From the NCBI GenBank assembly GCA_964483315.1, contig CAZAAL010000001.1, positions 48,867-112,866 on the forward strand: a stretch of DNA of 64,000 nucleotides, read 5' to 3'. Under the pieces are notes generated by a model. It had not been told where the DNA came from. It was given only the letters and a program-made list of their open reading frames with translations, and ran no database searches. The first letter of the stretch is position 1, and each line of letters opens with the position of its first letter. The stretch comes from an uncultured Candidatus Saccharibacteria bacterium. Its GTDB lineage: Bacteria; Patescibacteriota; Saccharimonadia; Saccharimonadales; UBA10212. Position numbers and translations under genes: made by a program. Below, piece by piece: positions 29,647 through 36,489 of this stretch.

Positions 29647-31290
29647 CTACATCATTCCGCCCATACCGCCCATATCAGGGGCTGGTACGGCCGATTTTGG
29701 CTCTGGAACGTCTACAACAAGTGCGCCCATAGTCATAGCAGTGCCGGCAATAGAAACCGCGTTCTGCAATGCTTCTTTTGTAACCCGAGATGGATCAACA
29801 ATACCCGATGATTTAAGATCAACCAGCTTATCGGCTGAGCTTACATCTACGCCCTGCCCTGGCTTTGCCGATTTAACTTTAGGTAGCCATTCATCAGCAT
29901 TTAAGCCAGAGTTGGTTAGAAGAATCCTGAACGGTTGCTCTAATGATGTTTGGAGGATTTGAGCTCCGGCTGATTGCGAATCAGTGCCTTTAATCTTGAT
30001 TGCTGAAGATGCATTTACCAAAGTTACTCCACCCCCGGCTACTACGCCTTCGGCCAGAGCGGCTTTTACAGCAGCTACAGCGTCATCTACTCTGAATTTC
30101 TTCTCTTCAATCTCGGTTTCGGTTGCACCACCAACTTTAATGACTGCAACTTTGCCACTTAGGGCTGCTCGGCGCTTTTCAAGACTTTCTTTATCGTATT
30201 CACTTGTTGCGCTATCTACTTGGGCGTTAATTTGGGCAATTCGAGCTTTTACATCGCTAGCTGAGCCACCACCCTCGATAATTGTCGTCTCGTCTTTAGT
30301 TACAATAACTTTTCGAGCCGAGCCAATCATATCAAGCTCTGCATTTTCGAAAGTATACCCACGGTCTTCGGTTATTAGACTAGCTCCAGTTAAGAACGCA
30401 ATGTCCTCTAAAATCTCTTTGCGCTTATCGCCAAAACTTGGGGCTTTAACGGCCACAGTGTTAAATACACCTTTTAGGCGGTTTAGGATCAGTGTACCTA
30501 GGGCCTCGCCCTCTACATCCTCGGCAATAATTACAAGATCTTTTTTGCCGGTTTGGGCAAGCTTTTCAAGGATTGGCAAGAACTCTTGTACCGAGCTTAT
30601 TTTTTTATCGGTTACCAAAATGGCAGGCTTATCATAAACAGCCTCCATTCGAGCTGTATCGGTAACCATGTACGGGCTAACGTAGCCACGATCCATAGTA
30701 AAGCCTTCAACAACTTCGCTTTCAAGTGCCAAGCCTTGGCCTTCCTCAACCGTAACAACACCGTCTTTGCCCACGCTTTCCATAACCTCGGCAATAAGTT
30801 TGCCGATTTCGGCGTCGCCGGCGCTAATGGTAGCAACCTCGGCCACTCGGCCTTTTTTGCCTTCGATCGATTCGCTCATTCCCTCAAGCTGTTTTAAAAC
30901 GTCTTGAGCGGCTGATTCTAGACCTTTGCGTAGGAGCATAGGGTTGTGGCCAGCAGCAATAAGCTTGTTGGCCTCGTTTAAAATGTGATAGGTCAAAACA
31001 GTAACTGTTGTTGTGCCATCTCCGGCAACATCGTTCATTTTACTGGCAGCTTGCTTGATAAGCTCTGCCCCAACTTTATAGCCCAAGGTTTCGTCATCAA
31101 CATCTGCAAGTTCAACGCCTTTTGCTACAGTCACGCCGTCATGAGTAACGGTTGGGTTGCCATAGCTTTTTGAGATAACTACGTTGCGACCCTTAGGCCC
31201 CATAGTAGTCTTAACTGCGTCATAAAGGATTTTTGCACCACCCAAAACACGTCGGCGAGCGTCATCATCATAAAATACTTTTTTTGCCAT
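29647..31290 (-). CDS. groEL: Chaperonin GroEL
   Basis: 547 aa with AKKVFYDDDARRRV...GPKGRNVV...AVKAPSFGDKRKE and a C-terminal GGMGGMM. Confidence 0.98.
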   Translation of the reverse strand: MAKKVFYDDDARRRVLGGAKILYDAVKTTMGPKGRNVVISKSYGNPTVTHDGVTVAKGVELADVDDETLGYKVGAELIKQAASKMNDVAGDGTTTVTVLTYHILNEANKLIAAGHNPMLLRKGLESAAQDVLKQLEGMSESIEGKKGRVAEVATISAGDAEIGKLIAEVMESVGKDGVVTVEEGQGLALESEVVEGFTMDRGYVSPYMVTDTARMEAVYDKPAILVTDKKISSVQEFLPILEKLAQTGKKDLVIIAEDVEGEALGTLILNRLKGVFNTVAVKAPSFGDKRKEILEDIAFLTGASLITEDRGYTFENAELDMIGSARKVIVTKDETTIIEGGGSASDVKARIAQINAQVDSATSEYDKESLEKRRAALSGKVAVIKVGGATETEIEEKKFRVDDAVAAVKAALAEGVVAGGGVTLVNASSAIKIKGTDSQSAGAQILQTSLEQPFRILLTNSGLNADEWLPKVKSAKPGQGVDVSSADKLVDLKSSGIVDPSRVTKEALQNAVSIAGTAMTMGALVVDVPEPKSAVPAPDMGGMGGMM

Positions 31291-31300
31291 CAGTTTCCTC

Positions 31301-31594
31301 CTATTTAATTACCGCAATTACGTCTTCTTCGCGAATGACAATGTAATCTTTGTCATCAATTTTAACTTCTGTTGGGCTATAGCTTCGGTAAACAACTCTG
31401 TCGCCAACTTTTACCTCGACCGGAATCCGCTCGTTATCGTCACCAACCTTGCCTGGGCCAACAGCCAATACTTTGGCGATTTTTGGCTTTTCGGTTGCTT
31501 TGTCTGGTAGATACAAACCGCTGGCGGTTTTGGTTACAGCCGACTCTTGCTCGGCCACAATATAATCTGCTAAAGGTTTTAGCGGAACACTCAT
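31301..31594 (-). CDS. groES: Co-chaperonin GroES
   Basis: 97 aa with PLKPLADYIVAEQE...GLYLP...AKVLAVGPG. Sits 10 nt upstream of groEL. Confidence 0.96.
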   Translation of the reverse strand: MSVPLKPLADYIVAEQESAVTKTASGLYLPDKATEKPKIAKVLAVGPGKVGDDNERIPVEVKVGDRVVYRSYSPTEVKIDDKDYIVIREEDVIAVIK

Positions 31595-31641
31595 TCTTTA
31601 TAAACCTCCTACTTAATTTTTTATGTATCGTTTTGATAGTT

Positions 31642-31810
31642 TCCTGGTGCCTGGACTAGCGTGCAGTGCTAGGAGCGACTAAGTAACGGAGTGAGCCGTA
31701 TTCGATATACGGCGAGTGAGTAACGCAAGTCGCAACAAAGCAATGTGCGATAGAATGCTGGCAGGTTACGGCTTTGCCGTAAGCAGGACAGCATGTTACA
31801 GGTGCCAGGA
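31642..31810 (+). ncRNA. Candidate structured RNA/element, copy 2 (paralog of 20510-20660); antisense to the groESL 5' leader
   Basis: A 12-bp closing stem (31642-53 with 31799-810) needs two G.U pairs on the plus strand, which would be C.A on the minus strand. Internal hairpins: 31657-61/31669-73, 31675-80/31728-33 enclosing 31695-31713, and 31755-60/31789-94 enclosing TTACGGC-TTT-GCCGTAA. Shares its motif order with copy 1. Confidence 0.4.
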
Positions 31811-31811
31811 T

Positions 31812-31838
31812 CTAGCACTCATATTACCAGAGTGCTAA
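31812..31838. promoter_or_regulatory. CIRCE operator (HrcA site) of groESL
   Basis: CTAGCACTC-N9-GAGTGCTAA against the consensus TTAGCACTC-N9-GAGTGCTAA. Located upstream of groES. Confidence 0.9.
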
Positions 31839-31850
31839 TTTTAGAGTCAA
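31821..31850 (-). promoter_or_regulatory. Putative groESL sigma-70 promoter overlapping CIRCE
   Basis: On the minus strand, TTGACT (31850-31845), an 18-nt spacer, then TAATAT (31826-31821). Implies a leader of about 220 nt. Confidence 0.5.
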
Positions 31851-31863
31851 GAGCTTATGTTAT

Positions 31864-31892
31864 TTGCAAAATACTCAATCAAGGAGTAGGAT
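31864..31892 (+). promoter_or_regulatory. Putative promoter of GC-rich cassette A
   Basis: TTGCAA, 17 nt, TAGGAT. Back-to-back with the groES -35. Confidence 0.35.
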
Positions 31893-31931
31893 ATTTTTTA
31901 TCCTGTCCCACTAGTCCACACGGGAGGACAT

Positions 31932-32228
31932 GTGAGGAATCAAGGTAGTGTCTGCTGGACATACGGATGCGTGGAAGTCTGCATCCACAAGTCCGATGCA
32001 TCAGCCAGCGTTCAGCTGGTAGACGGATACTCGGCAATCCGTCTGACGCGCAAGATGCGTCGCCAGATGGTCAGGTTGGCGCGAGCCCTTGGGCTCAGCC
32101 TCAACGCCAACCAAAAGGACTGCGTCCTTCTGATCACCTGTGGGGTGCGCCACAGGAGTAAGTTCGAGAAGAACGTCAGGCGCTTCGTAGCCAAGTTCTT
32201 CCCTGGCTACCGCCTGACAACAGCATGA
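31932..32228 (+). CDS. GC-rich cassette A: small Arg-rich protein (possible ribbon-helix-helix-like N-part)
   Basis: GTG start 4 nt after GGGAGG. 98 aa. The segment AIRLTRKMRRQMVRLARALGLS looks RHH-like. Weak paralogy to cassette B (LGL, K-x-EK-x-VRR). G+C hand count is 40/60 at 32041-32100. Confidence 0.5.
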   Translation: MRNQGSVCWTYGCVEVCIHKSDASASVQLVDGYSAIRLTRKMRRQMVRLARALGLSLNANQKDCVLLITCGVRHRSKFEKNVRRFVAKFFPGYRLTTA

Positions 32229-32277
32229 CAAGTTCGTCGGCTCTCCTGCTGAACTAGCAGGCTGAGCTGGCCCAAGT

Positions 32278-32353
32278 GCCGAGCCCGGGGCCCTCCCCCG
32301 CATGTCCCCCGCCCCGGGCTCGGCACCGCCCCGTTTACGCTGATCGCGTAGGC
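32278..32353 (+). other. Cassette A structured 3' module (GC clamp with C-rich loop, plus a GUUUACGC/GCGUAGGC hairpin)
   Basis: A 13-bp stem (32278-90/32312-24) encloses the 21-nt loop CCCTCCCCCGCATGTCCCCCG. A second hairpin (32333-40/32346-53) has two G.U pairs on the plus strand. Confidence 0.55.
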
Positions 32354-32370
32354 CATTGGGGCATCCCTCT

Positions 32371-32400
32371 GCGGTCGCCATGCGCGACCGCCTTTTCATT
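32371..32400 (+). terminator. Cassette A rho-independent terminator (within a 35-nt block identical to 33021-33055)
   Basis: GCGGTCGC-CATGC-GCGACCGC followed by CTTTTCATT. Confidence 0.75.
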
Positions 32401-32415
32401 TGAACCTCACCTAAT

Positions 32416-32443
32416 TTGACAATTATTACGATAAGGGTATAGC
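32416..32443 (+). promoter_or_regulatory. Putative promoter of GC-rich cassette B
   Basis: TTGACA, 16 nt, TATAGC, in the AT-rich 60-bp spacer between cassettes. Confidence 0.45.
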
Positions 32444-32481
32444 ATTTGGGTAGTTCAAGATGTCCACCTACGGGAGGAATT

Positions 32482-32898
32482 TTGAGTGTACCTCTACCGT
32501 CCAAGCAGGATCTCGCTGTACGGCGGGGTCCCACAATCGGCAATGCCACCACAGTCGTGGTCGCCATGCAGAGCAGGCGCTACGAGCTTGGTCAGAGCCT
32601 GCTTGCCGAGCTCTCGGAGTCCCTTCTCGGTCTGCAAAGTACCGAAAAGGTCGAGCTAGCTCCGCCGCGGCGCGGTAAGCGAAGGAGCCGAGAGGACGTC
32701 ATTCTGACCGTGTACTTTGCGGTTGGAGTGAGCGTCAACAAGGCCGAGAAGGCAGTCCGACGGGTGCTCTACGAGCTGATCCGTCGGGTGAACCACACTC
32801 GCCCCATGCGACGCCTCGAGCATCGCAAAACGCGACGAGAACAGAAGCGTCGCGACAGGGTCGAGACTCTCGAGAGGTGGCTGGCTCCCGCAAGGTAG
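32482..32898 (+). CDS. GC-rich cassette B: small Arg-rich protein, weak paralog of cassette A protein
   Basis: In-frame TTG 4 nt after GGGAGG, the same geometry as cassette A. The track ORF 32446-32898 would begin inside the promoter. The C-terminus is very basic (RRLEHRKTRREQKRRDR). Confidence 0.45.
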   Translation: MSVPLPSKQDLAVRRGPTIGNATTVVVAMQSRRYELGQSLLAELSESLLGLQSTEKVELAPPRRGKRRSREDVILTVYFAVGVSVNKAEKAVRRVLYELIRRVNHTRPMRRLEHRKTRREQKRRDRVETLERWLAPAR

Positions 32899-32922
32899 AG
32901 CTGGCTGGACGGATTACAAAGA

Positions 32923-33011
32923 CTGGGCCCGGGGATTCCTCTCCCCAAGTACAACCCCCGGGAATCGCTGTCCCGGGCCCAGCATCGCTCTGTTTACGTG
33001 AAAACGTAGGC
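32923..33011 (+). other. Cassette B structured 3' module (GC clamp with C-rich interior, plus a GUUUACG/CGUAGGC hairpin)
   Basis: An 11-bp stem (32923-33/32972-82) with interior containing ATTCCTCTCCCC. A hairpin (32992-98/33005-11) has two G.U pairs. Stem length and loop differ from cassette A but pairing is kept. Confidence 0.5.
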
Positions 33012-33026
33012 ACATAGAGCCCCTCT

Positions 33027-33056
33027 GCGGTCGCCATGCGCGACCGCCTTTTCATG
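33027..33056 (+). terminator. Cassette B rho-independent terminator (identical to cassette A terminator)
   Basis: The same GCGGTCGC-CATGC-GCGACCGC-CTTTTCAT sequence. Confidence 0.75.
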
Positions 33057-33060
33057 TTAG

Positions 33061-33089
33061 TTGCGTTTTAAACATGTTTATGCTATAAT
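33061..33089 (+). promoter_or_regulatory. Strong sigma-70-like promoter (TTGCGT-17-TGcTATAAT)
   Basis: Near-consensus extended -10. The ATG at 33100 is only about 4 nt from the expected TSS. Confidence 0.55.
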
Positions 33090-33099
33090 TTGTATTCTA

Positions 33100-33459
33100 A
33101 TGGACCATAGTGGATCAGAAGGCTTTTCAGGCAAAGCACCAGAAGATGGTGCACTTTTTGACGGAGTGCCTTTTGAAGAGAGGAATCCCAAGCCTCTATT
33201 TACAGTAACTGAGCTTGAATTACCTGGTTTAATTGCTGCCTTAGAGATATACAACATGCTTCTTCGTGAATTAGAAATATCTGAGGCTACTGGTGTCCAA
33301 GACTTAAGGGCAATAAGAGATGCAACAGATGAAGAGCTCGAAATTGCAATAACTAACAATAAACTTTTTGGCATAAAAGCTGAGGCGAGAATTGAAACAT
33401 TAGTTAATCTAAGAAATTCCCTTGAAGATCTGATTAAACAAGCCGAAGGGGATATCTAG
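33100..33459 (+). CDS. Hypothetical acidic helical protein (119 aa), probably leaderless mRNA
   Basis: ATG at 33100, in frame with track ORF 33061-33459. No SD. The promoter is directly upstream. Confidence 0.45.
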   Translation: MDHSGSEGFSGKAPEDGALFDGVPFEERNPKPLFTVTELELPGLIAALEIYNMLLRELEISEATGVQDLRAIRDATDEELEIAITNNKLFGIKAEARIETLVNLRNSLEDLIKQAEGDI

Positions 33460-33461
33460 TA

Positions 33462-33490
33462 TTGACTTTTTACGATTTTTGTGATAGTAT
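33462..33490 (+). promoter_or_regulatory. Putative promoter (TTGACT-17-TGaTAGTAT)
   Basis: Good -35 and extended -10, upstream of ORF 33534. Confidence 0.45.
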
Positions 33491-33533
33491 TTAGTACAAG
33501 ACTGGCAAAACAAAAATAATAAAAGGATAAAAC

Positions 33534-33824
33534 ATGAACGCAGAATCACAAGACCCAACACCAGCAAAACAACTGGAACTAGATTGGGAAGCTTACAGGC
33601 AACGTAGGATTGCTGAACCGCATCCAGACGAAGCTGTTAGGGCAGAACTGGATAAACTAAAAAACGAGCTAATCGATAGGCAGGCAGAGGTAGATAGAAG
33701 AGCTTCTGACCGAAGAGTGCAAGCCATATCAGGTTTAGCAATTGATCATGAAGGTGTCGTTGTGAGGGTTGAGGATCATCAACCCGTACCTTCCGCATCG
33801 GGCGGTGGCCGTGTAGTTGACTAA
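33534..33824 (+). CDS. Hypothetical charged coiled-coil-like protein (96 aa)
   Basis: AAGGA RBS 6 nt upstream of the ATG. No family recognised. Confidence 0.45.
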   Translation: MNAESQDPTPAKQLELDWEAYRQRRIAEPHPDEAVRAELDKLKNELIDRQAEVDRRASDRRVQAISGLAIDHEGVVVRVEDHQPVPSASGGGRVVD

Positions 33825-33843
33825 AGCCACATTACCCATACCT

Positions 33844-33873
33844 AAAAAACTGGCTTAATCTAGCCAGTTTTTT
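33844..33873. terminator. Bidirectional hairpin at convergent ends of ORF 33534 and murE
   Basis: AAAAAACTGGCT-N6-AGCCAGTTTTTT. The 3' arm overlaps the last murE codons. Confidence 0.5.
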
Positions 33874-35224
33874 GTTTTAGGGCTTTTTTGGCTGTTTCAA
33901 CTTCGTTATATGGCCGTTTTGTAACTCTTCGTTCGTCGCTATCATCTTGTAGTAAATGCCTGAGTTCTTTGGCTTGTGGCCCGTTGCCCAAAATATTAGT
34001 TTCGTGACCTTTGCCCAATAGCAAAACCGTATCATTTGGTCCTGCTAAATCGATGGCTTTTTTTACGGCTAATTCCCTATTGTGTACTAAAAATAAGTCC
34101 TTGCCTTCAACTTTACCTGCAGATTTAGCGCCCTGCGCTATTTGATCCATAATTTCAATACCATCAATGTCCCGATCATCCTCTTCCGTAACTACGACGA
34201 GATCACACAATCTACCAGCAACCTCACCCTGTTTTGCTCGCTTTGACTCGTCCCTACGCCCTGCACTGCCAAACATTACTATTAACTTACCCTTTGTGAC
34301 TGGGCGCATTTCGTTAAATAACTTCTCAAAACTATCTGGTGTATGAGCGTAATCGACTATAACCGTAAAGTCCTGCCCTTCGTCTACTTTGGTCATTCGG
34401 CCAGCTACCCCTTTAACGCTATCAATGCCCTTTTCAATTTGCTCGCGGTTCAAGCCCAACGCCCGCCCCACGCACATTGCACTCAGAACGTTATAGATGT
34501 TAAAACTACCTGGTAAATGACAATTTATACGATATTCACCCTCATCAGTTTTAACCACAAAACGACTACCAGCAGGAGTTAGCTTAATCGAATCAGCTTT
34601 TAAATCACCACTTTTTATGCCATAGGTGACCTTGTTTGTAATTGCTTCAGCAAATTTATCAGCATTTGCATCGTCAGAATTAATTACTCCTAGCTTTAGC
34701 CCGACTGGATTTTGATTGGCCAGCTCAAATAAATGCCTTTTTGCCAAAAGATAATTTTGGAATGTTCCATGATAATCAAGGTGTTCGTGCGACAGGTTGG
34801 TTAGCACTGCAATATGAATCGGCACACCCAGTACGCGGTGTTGCGCTAAGGCGTGTGATGTTACCTCGAGCACTAACCACTCAGCACCATTATTTTTAAT
34901 CAACTTTAGTTTTTTTGCTAAGCCCATTGCACCTAAGGTTGTCATTCGGGTTGGATTAGGTATCTCACCTCTGCCGTCCGCATAATCAGATGAAACGGTA
35001 GTCATTAAAGCTGTATTTAGCCCAGCGTTTTTTAGCATTTGGTAAATAATTACACTGGTGCTGGTCTTGCCATCAGTTCCGGTAACGGCAATTATTTTTA
35101 GTTTTTTTGCTGGAAACCCGTTGATAGTCTGCGCCAACATAGCCTCAGCCATATGACCGGCTGGCTCAATTTTTTTAAATATTCCTGATGGAATAACTTT
35201 TTTAACCACTGCCCTAAGATTCAT
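33860..35224 (-). CDS. murE: UDP-N-acetylmuramoyl-tripeptide synthetase MurE-type ligase
   Basis: 454 aa with the Mur ligase P-loop VTGTDGKTST, DYAHTPDS and GKGHE motifs. Confidence 0.85.
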   Translation of the reverse strand: MNLRAVVKKVIPSGIFKKIEPAGHMAEAMLAQTINGFPAKKLKIIAVTGTDGKTSTSVIIYQMLKNAGLNTALMTTVSSDYADGRGEIPNPTRMTTLGAMGLAKKLKLIKNNGAEWLVLEVTSHALAQHRVLGVPIHIAVLTNLSHEHLDYHGTFQNYLLAKRHLFELANQNPVGLKLGVINSDDANADKFAEAITNKVTYGIKSGDLKADSIKLTPAGSRFVVKTDEGEYRINCHLPGSFNIYNVLSAMCVGRALGLNREQIEKGIDSVKGVAGRMTKVDEGQDFTVIVDYAHTPDSFEKLFNEMRPVTKGKLIVMFGSAGRRDESKRAKQGEVAGRLCDLVVVTEEDDRDIDGIEIMDQIAQGAKSAGKVEGKDLFLVHNRELAVKKAIDLAGPNDTVLLLGKGHETNILGNGPQAKELRHLLQDDSDERRVTKRPYNEVETAKKALKQKTG

Positions 35225-35270
35225 TAACTATTATTGTAACTCACTTTCCCTGTTAAAATGTCATTTGTAA

Positions 35271-36341
35271 ATGCGTGTTTTAGGAATCGAGACAAGTTGC
35301 GACGAAACTTCGGCTAGCGTGGTCGAGGATGGGTCTAAACTACTTTCAAACGTTACATCCACATCTGTTGATTTGCACGTTGCCTATGGCGGAGTCGTGC
35401 CTGAAATTGCAGCCAGAAGCCACATTGAATCAATCTTGCCGGTTATAGATTCAGCGATCAGTCAGGCCGAGTGCACTTGGGACGATATCGATGCAATTGG
35501 CGTAACTTACGGCCCTGGCCTAGGTGGTAGCCTGCTAATTGGCGTGATGACCGCTCGCACCTTAGCGATTGTCAAAAACAAGCCATTATACGGGGTTAAT
35601 CATGTTTCGGCACATCCCTATGCGGTATTTATAACAGATGTAAAGCCCGATTTAAGCGACGCTTATGTTTTGCCCGATCAAAAAGTTGAGTTCCCCGCCC
35701 TGGCACTTATTGTTAGCGGTGGGCATACACAGTTAGTGCTTTATAAATCTCACACAGATTACCAAATTTTAGGCAAAACAACAGATGACGCAGTAGGCGA
35801 AGCTTTCGATAAAGTGGCAAAAATTACCGGGCTACCCTACCCTGGCGGGCCCTCTGTTGCTAAATCCGCAGAATCCGGCAACCCAAGCGCAGTTAAACTG
35901 CCAATTGCTAAAACTCCTGGCAAATATGACTTTAGCTACTCTGGGCTAAAAACGGCGGTTTTAAGAGCCTCGCAGGCAATGATAGGTGAGGACTTTACCT
36001 TTGCGTCTAAAAACATCCCAGAACGGCTCACAACGGCTCAGAGGGACGACATTTCGGCTAGTTTTCAGTATATTGCGATCAAAACCTTGGTTGACAAGAC
36101 TGCCCTTGCCTATACTGAACACTTACCAAAATCAGTTATTGTCGCTGGCGGTGTTGCGGCTAATCAAGAGTTAAGGCAACAACTATCCGAGGCTTTGCCA
36201 GTTAAGCCAATATTCCCCGATATTAAGTTATGTACCGATAACGGGGCTATGATTGCTGTTTATACGTACTATATGGCTAGTAACAACGTCCCCTCAGCTG
36301 ATCCCTATTCGCTAACTGCCCGTCCAGATTTAAGCATGTAG
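35271..36341 (+). CDS. tsaD: tRNA N6-adenosine threonylcarbamoyltransferase
   Basis: 356 aa with VLGIETSCDETSASVV, HIESILPV and VSGGHTQLV. Confidence 0.92.
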   Translation: MRVLGIETSCDETSASVVEDGSKLLSNVTSTSVDLHVAYGGVVPEIAARSHIESILPVIDSAISQAECTWDDIDAIGVTYGPGLGGSLLIGVMTARTLAIVKNKPLYGVNHVSAHPYAVFITDVKPDLSDAYVLPDQKVEFPALALIVSGGHTQLVLYKSHTDYQILGKTTDDAVGEAFDKVAKITGLPYPGGPSVAKSAESGNPSAVKLPIAKTPGKYDFSYSGLKTAVLRASQAMIGEDFTFASKNIPERLTTAQRDDISASFQYIAIKTLVDKTALAYTEHLPKSVIVAGGVAANQELRQQLSEALPVKPIFPDIKLCTDNGAMIAVYTYYMASNNVPSADPYSLTARPDLSM

Positions 36342-36455
36342 ACACTTATCAACAATTTGATACTATAAAGAGGTAAAACAAAAACCGTTTTTAGTCTGCT
36401 TTTTGCAGATAGCACCGCAAACAAAACGGGTGGGATAAACAGTTGACTAGAGGGC

Positions 36456-36467
36456 TTTCACGTGAAA
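36456..36467. promoter_or_regulatory. Palindromic site TTTCACGTGAAA (copy 1) upstream of valS
   Basis: Perfect 12-bp palindrome. Its centre is 35 bp from copy 2. Confidence 0.5.
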
Positions 36468-36489
36468 AGTCTTGTGGTAATTTGTTTAT

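Noticed and set aside
29741-31173. Multiple plus-strand ORFs (73-217 aa) antisense to groEL, and similar antisense ORFs inside the P-type ATPase, rpoD, valS, VirB6, VirB4 and hydrolase genes
   Set aside because: They lie entirely within strongly supported genes on the opposite strand. They have low-complexity Ser/Leu/Pro-rich translations and no RBS.
31755-31794. Resemblance of GGCAGG...hairpin...AAGCAGG to the symmetric loop of SRP RNA helix 8; copy 1 has the equivalent at 20622-20650
   Set aside because: The apical loop is UUU on a 5-7-bp stem rather than a GNRA tetraloop on 3 bp. The element is present twice with divergent sequence, and the 5' domain does not look like an Alu domain. Left as an item for cmscan rather than a call.
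32333-32353. Integron attC-like reading of the GTTTACG...CGTAGGC hairpins, with the tandem ORF+hairpin units as gene cassettes
   Set aside because: The core sites do not match RYYYAAC/GTTRRRY. Each unit has its own promoter. No intI or attI is nearby.
32001-32567. 188-aa minus-strand ORF, plus 32735-33055 (-) and other frames, inside the GC-rich cassettes
   Set aside because: These are GC-richness artefacts. The ORF runs through the AT-rich promoter spacer and through both terminator hairpins; its MKRRSRMATAEG repeats are simply the reverse translation of the shared terminator. The plus-strand frames with SD and terminator fit better.
31900-33060. Possibility that the GC-rich block is RNase P RNA, tmRNA or SRP RNA
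   Set aside because: No GAGGAAAGTCC or ACAGAA(N)CCGGCTTA-type RNase P boxes. No tRNA-Ala-like ends or tag ORF for tmRNA. No GGAA-tetraloop helix-8 motif. Clean SD-ORF-terminator units fit better.
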